From: Haplodiscus bocki | Lineage: Eukaryota | DNA length: 64,000 bases | Direction of reading: 5' to 3' | Assembly (NCBI GenBank): GCA_965655095.1 | Contig: OZ296648.1 | Coordinates: 95,852,001 to 95,916,000, forward strand | Part shown: positions 52,800 to 64,000 of the stretch, in pieces | Layout of the letters: each line of letters begins with the position of its first letter | Position numbering within the stretch: the stretch's first letter is position 1 | Translations under genes and position numbers: made by a program | Notes under the pieces: generated by a model | The model's database searches: none | The model's input: the letters and a program-made list of their open reading frames with translations, nothing else | What the model was told of the DNA's origin: nothing

Positions 52800-54540
52800 A
52801 CTTTCTCTTCATCATGGTTTCTATGCAACCACAAAAGACAAATTGATTTCGGAAACCAATTTGCTCAAAAGAATTTTCTGTGATCTCAATTTCAGGAGAA
52901 AAGCCAAGAAGGGCAATTAGTGTTGCTTTTCTTTGATGTTGAGTCTCACTGTTCCCCAAAACTACAATTTTGAATTCTTTCATCGAGGTCGCAATTAACA
53001 ACCTTCCCTCACAGAGCGCTCATCGGTTTTGCATGTTATTGTTTTCGTTCGTTCCGTCGGAATCCTGACAATCCGAAATTGTTTGAAAGAATAATAAACT
53101 TGACATCTGTATTCAAAAACTAGTTGCTGCTATTCTCTTGCGGGGGTCTTTTTCAACAACATTTTGCTGGGGTATAAATTTCTTCCCAAAAATTACTATT
53201 CTTTTTTTGAGCTTTGACAGGCCGAAAATGCCAAAAAGTGCGATTAACATTGACATATCTCGATTTTTAAATTCATCTTTCTCGATAACTTTTGATATGA
53301 TTTCTTCTGTCAATATCTCAATCAAAATCAGTTTACATTAAAAGGAAAAAACAAAAAGGAAATCATCGTTTTTCTGTACGTCTCAATTAGTCGTAATGCA
53401 CCGATTATGCCAAAGTTTGCAGTTGGTTTTGACGAAACTGGATGTCCAAATTCTCAATTTTTTATATTTATTGGCTTGAATTACTCCATGAAGGCCTGAA
53501 TCAGTACTGTTTTAATAGAGGTAGACCATTTGTAAAAAAAATTAGAGAGCTTATCTAATTGCTGGAAGTGCCAAAAGTTGCCTTCGACATTGAAATTTTC
53601 CGAATCCTAAAATCACCTTCCTCCAAACCTATTGGCTGCATTTTTCCTTACAATGAATCAATCGAGATCTGTTTTTTTGAATAGGGCTATTTAAATGAAG
53701 TAATTGTTCGGAAAATTCGCAATTTTGTTTGGTACATCGAGTTCCTGACACGCCGAAAATGCCAAATTTGGCAATAATATTTACATATCTCGTTACTTGA
53801 GCTCAATCTTCTTCAAAATACTAGGCACAATTTTTACGCTGTGTCTCAAATGACAGTTACTAGTTTTGGAAGGTCTTGCACTAATACTAACTTGGGTTAT
53901 TTTCCTATACCGGGAACATGAAATGGTGAATTTGCCAAAAAATACATACTCCCATGATCTGTTTCGATAATCAAGTTCAGTTTCCTTCAATGCTACAGGC
54001 TGGAGTTTTTCTATCAAACTCTTTATCAAGTTTTCAATCGGTATAGTTTTTCATTTCTGAATTGTCACATAAGTTTATTTGCAACGGATACCTGATGGGC
54101 CTAAAATACGGAAAAAATCATGACATGTTGTTCGTCATGATATTCAACCTGGTTTTTTTTCACAACTGTTTGCTCCATTTCGTTTGTCAATGTCTCCACG
54201 GTCGACAGCGTTTTGCTTAATGAAGACGATTTGATTTTTAAAAATGAATTTTGTTCCTTGCCTAGAAATCCAGATAGGCCAAAATAGCAAGAAGAGCAAT
54301 TAGTATTGACAACTTTCGATAATGAAACTCATACTCCTCCGGTTGAATTTCCTCCAAAATATTTATTAGCAGCTTTCTGTCTTCAAGAGGCTCTTCAAAA
54401 TGAAAGTCTCGATTTTTCTACATACATCAGAATCCTGATAGGTCAAAACGCCTTAAAATGCATTTAGTGTTGTTGTTTTGCCGATATCAAAATCATAATC
54501 CTCTAAAGCTGCCTGCTTGAATTCTTCCACCAATGTCCTA
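52800..54540 (-). pseudogene. Decayed tandem-repeat coding sequence (~165-175-bp unit, LIALFGIFG-like motif)
   Basis: Recurring minus-strand peptides TLIALLGFS, MLIALFGIFGLS, IIAKFGIFGVS, YVFFGKF, ILIALLAILAY, with stops and frameshifts. Confidence 0.45.
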
Positions 54541-55072
54541 ATTGACAACTTTATTTTATCAAAAACGGGTCTTTTTGTTAAAATCATTCGCTATAAGTTT
54601 GATCAATTATTCCTGCTCCCTTCGACGGAAATTATCGCAGTTTGACTGCTTGTTTGAGCTCAGTCATCTTTTTCTGCATTATTACAAATTCTCGCTTTCC
54701 AAATCCATGAGTTTGTACCTGAGCTGAATTCTTGTCAAAAAAGAGTTGCCAGTCAATGAAAAAAATTTTCAGTCGAAAATCAAAAGCCTTTTGGTAAAAA
54801 AAATAGGCGTCAGTACGATGTATCTTGATTGCAATATTTTAGTTTTGGCATGTCGTTGAACAAAACTTTGAATCTGAATATTTAGTGTCTCGTGATTTGT
54901 TTCCCTTTTGTTGAAAATTTACATTGCTCAGAGACTTTATTCAAATTATTTTTTATTGCTGTATTTTTCGACGTCGCTTTTACTTTTGAATGTAAAACCC
55001 CGGCAAAAGTAATACTTCCACCTTTCTAATAACTTCGCTCTATAAATGACGTTTTACTAACCCAAACTAAAC

Positions 55073-55196
55073 ACATACTTCACAGAGTCAGTAGAACATT
55101 GAGACATACTTCATAGAGTCAGTAGAACATTGCGACATACTTCATAGAGTCAGTAGAACATTGCGACATACTTCATAGGGGGTCAGTATAACATTG
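55073..55196. repeat. 31-bp minisatellite, 4 copies
   Basis: acatacttcatagagtcagtagaacattgcg at 55073, 55104, 55135, 55166. Confidence 0.95.
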
Positions 55197-58100
55197 TTCC
55201 AAGTGACATTGCGAAAACCTTCAAGGATTAAAGAAAACATAAACGAAAATTGAATATTTTGCACAAAACAGTCTATGAAACCTGCTTCTCAATGTTCACC
55301 TCCTGTGGATGGTCCAAAATTTTCCAGGAACAAATTACCAAAACTTTTGTGATTCCACCCCCCCCCCCCCCCCCCACCACCGGCTTTTGTTTTTGTCTGG
55401 AAAAAGTTTGGATTTCGGTCCAGAATTTTTTTCCGGGCATCTTGACATTTGCCAATATTCTAGGAAAAAAGCAAAAACTAAAGAACTCTAAAGGGTCCCC
55501 TAGGAGTATCTTAAGGTTTGCAGGCAACTCTGACTTGGCCGTTCTTGGCTTATTGAAAGTTCTCTGGATCCTTCGGTAGCGCAACTGTTCGGAACACATA
55601 CAGCTTCCTAGTGAATGCCGAAGACAATTCCGCTCAATTGTGAATGCCGTTCAATTATCAATTTGATATTTTAAAGGTTTCGAGAATAGTACCCGGAAGT
55701 GATTTTTTTTTCCAAAAACGGTAACCAAAGAAATCGGTTTTCTTGTACAGTGGCTCGAACTTGGACCATCGGAGTAATCAGAACCCAAATGACTAATTGT
55801 CATCTTTTCGAAATTATTGAAAGTTCCATTTCGAAAATATTAATCTTCGGAATTTTCTCATATGTGTCTTTTTTCATTCAGTCCATAATTAGTTTTACCG
55901 TTTATTCTTTTTCGTCCAGGATTTTAATTTCAGTTCTGCGGGTGTAATTTGTTGCATGCATAGTATTTCTCCAACTCGCATAATTTTTTTCCCTGTTCCT
56001 CTGGGGTTATGTCCAGTTTCTGTTGTGCCAAAAGAAATGTCTACAGCTATGGTAAAAATTTCGCGTTGGAGTAAAGTCCGCTAAATATACCGTGATTAGC
56101 CATCATAAATTTGTATTAATTTTTCTCCGAATTCTGTTGGTGTCATTTCGTTTCATGCGGTTGGCCTTAGTACCCAGACAAAGTCTTTTTGGAGTTTTCG
56201 TTTTCCAAAAATTTTTATTCAGTTTTTCTCGTATCTGTCTGTTGACATCGGCCCAATGTCTATATCAAATGGTCTTTCAGTGAATTGTTAGGTTGAAGCG
56301 GTTCAATTCACAGCTCAGGCTTAAGATGCTTTTGTTCAGTCAAGTTGAACCAACTCATAGTACGATATTAGGAATCTGTAGTTTGTTATTTTTTTTTCCT
56401 TTGGCTACAGAACCAGCTGATTGCGCAATGTTTTACTTTACCGAAAAATTACCCAGAGTTCTATTGAATGAAAAATTACTAACAATTAAAATCTAAAGTG
56501 AGAGTTTCACGGATTGATAAAGTTATCTACTTTACCGAAACTTTCCGGCATAAATCTATTTCAGAAATTAATAGCAAACAGGGCATCAAACGATAGCGTC
56601 CGTTAGTTATCGTAACTGGCTGTATTTCTGCTGTAACGTCTTATGTGATGCTTCACTTGGTAGATTGTTTACCTAGACAGTTTCCAGTTCGAAAGGCAGA
56701 CTGTTGTTCGCTACGAAAAAAATATCAGGAACCATTAAAATGTAAAAACAAATTAAGCCAGGGAAGTCCGTAGATTTTTGTGTAGAGTTAGTGCCTTTTA
56801 CTACTTAATTTTCCGACAAATACTACAAACTGCCCACGAATGGCATACGAAAAGCAAGCAAAAATTGTGGCTTTGACACACATTTTTTCAAAATGATTGT
56901 TGAATTCGCCATTGGGTTTTGAAAAACTATACGTGACACCACCTTTCGTCTTTTCAGTTTTGTGGCATTAGAAAAACGTCCCTTTTGCATTTTTAACAAA
57001 TAAAGACAGAAATATAAGACAAAACATTCCTGAGATCCTTTTTCATCATCCAAACTTTTCTCCTAATAGATAATTAAGGGTAATTTTTTCTAGCTTTCAA
57101 GCTCGCTGCCTATTTATAATTGAAGTCTTTGGACTCAAAAAACTGAAACAAAGACACCAAAGCCCCGTGAAAACTCTTTGCCAGTCGGTTTCTTTTGAAA
57201 AGCAAGTAAGAATTTTTTGGTGATAATCTCATGGTTACATCAATTTTTCTTGAAAAATTGTTAAAACCATCAACACTAAAAATGCTCTACACCAAGTACA
57301 ATTATTTTTTTTTAAAAAAAAACTAAGGAATGTCAATCTAATTAATTAATTAAAAGCGATTTGCCTATAATTTACTTCAGTTTTCATCGCAATTACTTAA
57401 TACGTTACATTAATAAATTTATTCAATACTTTGGGAGATTTTGATTGAAAAAATTTTGGCCTAAGAGATTTTGGCACAGAACATTTTAACTGAGGAGATT
57501 TCGAGATCAGACATCAGCTTAGCCGCAGCTTTTTCTGTGTGCCGATCAAATAGCTGACAGCTCATTTAATAGACAGTGCTATTGAACGCATGTGCATTGC
57601 ACTTGTTTAGCTTCTGCTCATCACCCGGATTTATTAAGTAACCGAATTTCCCATGTTCAGTCAATAAATATTGAGAAAAAGGTAAAATCGTGTCGGTGAA
57701 CAATCGGTTGAATGAGCAGTCGGCTAGTTGATACTTTCGCGTGTACAGGGGGTGTTGATAGATAAACTACTTATCAATTATACTTACTATTGTTCGCTTT
57801 AGCTAATATTGCTAAGCAGCGTGTGCGGACATAAGTCTGCGTTATCGTGTAAGAAAGTCACAAAAAATTAAACTGTTATTAGCCCTGTAAACATGCCCTG
57901 CTAAATCGCGCGGACAGAGTTGCGTAAATTCGACTGGCAAGGACTTGGTGAGCAAAAAAAATACAAAATAAGCAATGAAATATTTAGCGACAACACGGAA
58001 ACGGCAGTCAATCTAATAAATGTAATTATGCGCAAGATAGGATTACATTTCGGAACGGTGAGATTATTAGGGGCAAGAATTGAGCAATCCAAAATTTTTG

Positions 58101-58344
58101 AAAACTAGCAATAATCTTTATGATACGTTTAATTTCATCAGTTTTTAATAAAATTTAATACAAAACTACTTAAAAAAGCAAACCGAAAATCTCCTCAACC
58201 TCCTCCTTCGAAAGACCAAGTTCCTCAACCATTGAGAATCAGAATTGAAATCCAATTAGATCCCGATATGCCACAGTCAGAATTGACACCTTCGCCAATA
58301 GCTACTGACGAAATGATGATAACTTTCTCGGATTATACTTATAC

Positions 58345-60806
58345 TATCGGGTAGACGTTGAGGCATTAAATGATTGGGTCACTGTCATCCGCTTCAAGGG
58401 AGGAAGTATTCGCTACGTAGTTCAGAAGCCAGAAATTACCGACAACTTTAGACAATTTTTTAAATTATGCATGGCTCGAATTGAGAGAAAAGAGTCCAAG
58501 CTTATCAGACCACGAATATTCAGCACATGTACGCAGTAATCACTTTTTACGGTAAGTTGACCAGTGTAATGAAGCGGGCTTGGTTGGACCAGTTCAATTT
58601 CTGGTTGCCCAATGTCCTTCGGGCCCAATTGAAAGGACTTGCAGAGTCTGCAGGCTTTTAACAATTCAAAAGAACCTTCAGGCATCACAGTAGAAGGCGT
58701 AGGAAAAAAATGCTTCACCTTTGTATTCAGCTTATGTGCCGGTACTGGTTTCAAGTAAGATGAAAGTTGCACAAAATTAAAAATTTCACAACAATTTTAT
58801 AACAAAATTAGTGAAGATATAACTAATCCAAAATTTACATTGATTCCACTAATCAACATAGTCATCGATAGTTTTAATAAACAAATGCTTCTAAGGAAAA
58901 TGCAAATATTTACCAAATCTAAGGATTAAGTTGAAGTAAAGTTTTTTTGGCCTTTTTCGGCTAGGACGAATGATTATACTCGTTTCTTCTAGCTCAAGCT
59001 TTGCCTTTTTTGTTCAAATTTCATCTTTACTTCCATGTTTCATTCAGTTTTGATTTTATCTAAGACTTCGATAAAATGTCATGGAGGCAGTCAACCTAGT
59101 CATTTCTCTTGAATCCCAATTAGGTTCGAACCAAGAGTTATACCTTGAGGAGTTACAGAATGGGACATAAATTTTTTTCTAAGACTCTGGTGACGTGCTA
59201 TGAAAGCAGTCAACCAAGTCAAGCTTCTTAGATCCTCGTTTCGTCAAGCCTGAACCACTGACGAGGAAAGCGCATGCATTTCACTTTAAAGATAGAATAA
59301 CACATTTAGCCTTTTATTCACAGCTCAGTGTTTGCATTAGCATAGCGACTGGTTGAAAGATCCTAACTTTCCTCAAGTTTCCAAATCGTGCAAAAACCTC
59401 CGGAAATATTGGAGGCATTGAACTTCTTTAGGTTCTATTTAAGACTCAAGAAAAGTTCACTTTAGGCGGCAACTTTTTGATTTTCTCTTAGTCTCCTGTT
59501 ATCTCAAACGCGGCAGTTCCTTCGCGATTTATCGAGAGGAATTCCATGTTCCTTTTAGCTTTTATCTAAAACTCAACCAAAGCTCCTTTTAAGTGGCATT
59601 CTGGGGATTGTTTCCTACTCCCTTATTATCTTGAACGTAGCAGTTCCTCATCAATTTATCGAGAGAGATAAATATGGGAAAGGATTAGTGAAACTAACTC
59701 TACTAGGTAAACGCAAACTTTTTTGTACAAATGACGGAGCTGAATGGAAGGGTCCGTTGGTTTTGGCAGTAGGGTGAAACTGCCTATTGTCGTCCAGTTG
59801 CGACGATGAATTGCGACTAAGACAAGTTTTGTAATTGTCTTAGAAAAATTTAGATGCAACAATGTTCAATTGCGACTAAAACAACTTTTGGAATTGTTTC
59901 AAAAAAATTCCAAACACTAATGTTGAATTGCGGCTCAGAAAAGATTCGGAAATGGCCTAAAATAATTTGAAAGAAATAACTTTGGATTCCGGCGAAGCAA
60001 GTTTTGAAAATATTTTAGAATGATTTCGAAGCAACATTGTTGACTTTTTTTGGAAATATCTTAGAAAATATTGGAAGAAATGATGGTGAATTGCGGCTGG
60101 GACAACTTTTGAATAGGAGAACTTAGCTTGTTTGTTAGGATAGAAGAGACGAGAATAATCAAATTTTTATGTGGAAGCTAGGTGGAGAAGAGTTTCACCT
60201 CGGGTAATTAGGCAAGTGAGTGGGAGCGAGCAACTGAAATTTGTGGTTGAGCATTGGGTATTTATACTCCGTTTGGTCACGTGACTACGTCACGTGACCG
60301 AGTATATTAGTAATGTAGGCAATAAGAAAATCCTGGTAGCCTGGGCGAATTAGAATTTTTCTCTGTAAAATCAAATCTTGAAATTGTGCAATTTCATTTG
60401 AATAAATTGAGCTGTCCATCAATTTTATCTTGCCACCGTAGTGAAGGCTGGTATTTATCTGCAAACTTTTGCATTGGTTTTTAGCGACTTTGTCTCCTTT
60501 ATTCTTCCCCACTTCCTGCCTGCCAGGGCCTTCTGTATCTTTTCTCAAACGAGTTTCGCAAGTTCAATCAGCCAACTGGGTAAGTCAAATATTACTTCCT
60601 TGGTAATCTCGTGTTTTTCGTAAGTCAAGTTTAAACAGCAACTAAACAAACTGCACTAATCACTTTGGGTATTTATCTGAGAATTTTAATTTCCCGAACT
60701 CTTCATTTCCCGCCGAAAGTTCTCGAGGTTCGTTTCAGTTTTGCGTTAATTTTGGATTATAAAGTAGCGTCTTTTCTAAGGTTTGAGCGTTCTCTGTAAC
60801 GCGATA
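58345..60806 (-). mobile_element. Solo LTR 3 (2462 bp), diverged family member with TA...TA termini
   Basis: Minus-strand start TATCGCGTTACAGAGAACGCTCAAAC matches LTR 1 TGTCGCGTTATAGCTAACGCTTAAAC; carries the ~59-bp repeats (~59810-60110) and GAGTATAAATA promoter in reverse; ends CTACCCGATA; TSD ATAC (58341-58344, 60807-60810). The left boundary is less certain. Confidence 0.7.
60275..60299. promoter_or_regulatory. Double E-box palindrome GGTCACGTGAC-TAC-GTCACGTGACC just upstream of the LTR 3 TATA box
   Basis: Seen directly; GTCACGTGAC is the USF/MiT-TFE-type E-box. Confidence 0.55.
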
Positions 60807-62042
60807 ATACGCACTCTTTTTTTCTGTCGCCCACTTCGTGCAAGCTCTCTTTGACTTTGTTCTTAAATCCATTTCTTTCGCAACAAGACAAGGAACTAAA
60901 ACATCAAAGTGGCTTTAAAAATATGGCTTTGCACGTATCACGTATATAAGACAGGTTCAAAAATCACTTCATATTCGGGTGAGAATATGGTACCATTGAT
61001 ATGAGGAATATATTTCGCAATTGCTCCAAACATGCACAAGTAAATTGCTTCTAAATCCTTTCAAAGTCCGCCCAGCGATCTTGCATAATTTAGCCCAATG
61101 TTTCTTTTGGTGCTAATAACTTCCACTTTTGAATCGAATTAAATAGGATGAATAAACTATACGGCACATCATGCAGCAATAATCGTCTGAAAAATTACAA
61201 CTGTTCTGTAAATGCAAGACGGATTTTATTCAAGTGAACTGAACAAAAAATAGCGTTTTTAAAGCCCAAAATCTCAAAAATTAAAAGGTTTTCAAGAAAG
61301 TAGAAGAATCAAAATTTTTTCCAGAGCCCCAAATTCATTCAATTTTAACAGTTTTTTTTTTACTTTTTTCCATTTTTTTAGTAATTAAATAACAACACTT
61401 CCTAGATTTTTGGTTAATTAGTTCCTCCAAGAATCCGCGAAGGGTATGGTATTGAATTTTTTGGGAAATAATCTTCCGCTTCCGTCTTAAAAAAATCGAA
61501 ACTTTTAGGTGCTGAAATTCAGATTTATATGTTTTAATAAGATTGAGTATTGCGACTTGACTTCGCTTTATGGGCGTGTCCTTTCAAAAAGTCGCAAAGA
61601 TCAAATGTTTTGGGCGAAAGTCAAACTCCAATGGTTGTATCTGAATATTTATCTGTAGCTGGTGAGATGTTTGGAAAACCTCAAATTCGGCCATAAATTA
61701 GCAAAATCAGGGTGGTTATAACTTTTTAACCAGTGCTCCAATTTAAAAAGAGAAAACACTCTAAATCTTAAGAGAAATCTAAGAAACTTTTGCTTTTGTT
61801 GTTTTCTTTTAAAACGCGTGTTTTGAGAAATTGCCCTCCAAACTTACTGACTATGTTCAGAAGTTCACTTATTTAAAATCAGAACTATAACTAATCAAAA
61901 GTCAAATTTATCTTTGTTCCATGGTTTAAACAATCAAATGGTATGGCTTAGTTTTTCACCAAAATTGGGGCATCGCCAATTTTGAAAAAAAATTTAACAC
62001 AAAATTTCCATTTGCCACAAAATTCTTTCAGCTTTCAGAAAC

Positions 62043-62456
62043 ATTATCTTCCTACCATATTTATAATATGGAAGGAATCGCAACGCGTGCGTTTTTTACG
62101 TTTACTTGACAATTGAAAATGTCTAAATGTCCGATTCTGAATTTGAAAACTTTTTGTCACTAAATTATAGCAAATTTTCCGTAGAATGCGAGTCATATAC
62201 TAATATTTCTCAATTAATACGAAATTTAGGTTTCTTTTGAAAAAAGGTGATTTTCTTTTCAAAATCGGTGAAGGTGGCAAATTTGCCGTAGAATGCGTAT
62301 CAAATGATATTATTCCTTAGAAATGTCTTTTCCACCTTCATTGCGAGATTTTGTTGCAAAAAAATCAGAAAATTTTTAAATTTCGGAAAGTTAAAAAATT
62401 CGATGAAGAATTTTTTTCCAAAAATAACGCTTTCATCCTTCTAGAAAGCATCTTTA
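62043..62456 (-). repeat. Dispersed ~400-bp repeat family, inverted copy
   Basis: atttgccgtagaatgcgtatcaaatgatat is the reverse complement of the copy 1 core; both ends align. Confidence 0.8.
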
Positions 62457-62554
62457 ACAAAATTGGAGGGTGGAAAGTATTCCGCGTGTGTTCTTTCAAT
62501 GGTGGTCAACTAGTTTGTTTCCAATTATGCTAAGGTTTTCCTTGCTTTTTCCAG

Positions 62555-62663
62555 GGGACTGCACGACGCCATGCGCAGCAGGACTGCCAAGATCCTTACT
62601 ATCATCACTCTTTGCTACATTCTGTGCTTCGTTCCTACAAGCATCATCAACTTCATCTTCTAC
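62555..62663 (+). CDS. Class A (rhodopsin-like) GPCR exon encoding TM6: (R)GLHDAMRSRTAKILTIITLCYILCFVPTSIINFIFY
   Basis: Strong acceptor ttttccttgctttttccag|; basic RxAK + hydrophobic helix + CFxP (CWxP variant); phase 2 completes AG|G Arg from 31711; donor TAC|gtgcga is weaker. Not in the ORF track. Confidence 0.85.
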
Positions 62664-64000
62664 GTGCGACCCAACACTCTACAATCCATACCTCCGTTAT
62701 TATCTCGCACCATGCTTTCTTCCATCCCCTCACTAGACCATGTACATTAATTACATTGGATGTACCTCTTACTTTGGGTTATCCCCGTACAACCTCAAAA
62801 AAATCAACATCCACCCCCCCCCCCAAACTTTTTTGTGGTCTCATTGGAAACAAAATTAGCAAAAGTGGAAAATTCTTCCGCAAAAAAGGTCGGGCTAAGT
62901 TGTGCTCTAGGAAAATTAGGTTGTTAAAATCAATTCTGCCGAACCAAATAATTATTCAAAAGTAGATTTCAATCACTAATTGGGTCTTCAAGCACATAAT
63001 TTGAGTCAAAGTCCTAGCTTGCAAGTTGGTTTATCTACCGATGGATATTTGAATATTATGAAGGATTTGCCATTTTTGTTACAATCGGGGAGCTGAAGCA
63101 TTTTGCCAGATTTGAACATTATTGTCAAAAGGAGGAAAATATGATCGTCCCTAAGTTTTCTAGGCTAGCTGTTTGTTCCAACCTTTGTACAAAAAAGCTG
63201 TCAATCAATGTTTGCGCATTGTCGGAATGCTCAAAACAAAATGTTTCCGAAAATTGGATTGGACGAGGTTCTGCCGCATAAAAATTGAGAACTCGGACAA
63301 AAAACGGGTTAGAGGGAAAAGAAAGTATGGGTGCTAAACCACATGAAAAACACTTTTTGACTGCAATAGAAACCGCGCGATGGAATATCAGCCTTCAGAT
63401 ACTTCGAAAAAATTGAGAAAAATACACGAACAACATGCACGAACTTACACTGAAAGCCCATCGCGGTACCCATCGCGGAGAAAATTTATTGAGATGACTT
63501 GACTATTGCAGCTCTAATGAAACCAAATTTGTTTCATAGAAAGAAAAACAATATCCTCGAGCAAATAACAGAAAGAAGTCTACCCTTGTGCATAAAAGTG
63601 GCCACGACGAAATGTATCCGGGGCAGAGATCTGCGAAAATCATTAAGCATTACGTTTTCAGCCAAGTTTAGAACAATTTTATAAAAGTGCTCGCTTGTGT
63701 TGATATTTCAAAAACTGAAAAAACTTTTTAGCTAAACTTTTGGGAACGTACTGAGAGTTAAGGATACTGCAACAAGACAACACTCTTCTCCATACAACAA
63801 CGGCTTCAAAAGAATTTTCAGGCAAAAAGAAACGTTCGGATTTTTCTTTGACGAAGCACATACCCACATCTGACACCAATCGAACATTTCCGGAATACAT
63901 GACGAACTCATTGCAGTGAAAACTTTAAGTACAAATTCAGGCTAAAATATTCACAGACATGCAGCCTTAGAATCTTCTTTATGTCGAAGCCGAATTCTAA

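Noticed and set aside
62470-62965. Listed ORFs 62470-62736 and 62612-62965
   Set aside because: Wrong frames; the third frame encodes a clear GPCR TM6.

Overview
AT-rich, repeat-dense eukaryotic (most likely animal) DNA with large introns and one 200-N assembly gap; the species cannot be determined from the sequence. The best-supported host gene is a + strand class A (rhodopsin-like) GPCR: a long ICL3 exon (31164-31711) splices in phase across a ~30.8 kb intron to a TM6 exon (62555-62663). Most of the rest is transposon-derived: a CACTG/EnSpm-type element with a 2-bp TSD, three related solo LTRs each with a 4-bp TSD, a MULE/foldback-like element with an 8-bp TSD, a decayed Ty3/Gypsy pol and several MITE-like repeats. 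The most interesting signal is two upstream exons (18831-19015, 22152-22299) with canonical splice sites and matching phases. They are open only if TGA is read as a sense codon (5 in-frame TGA, no TAA/TAG, Trp-like contexts). A separate ~258-codon frame (7230-8003) shows the same bias. This suggests nuclear UGA recoding, probably to Trp, but standard-code alternatives exist and it needs testing. No rRNA, tRNA or CRISPR array was recognised.
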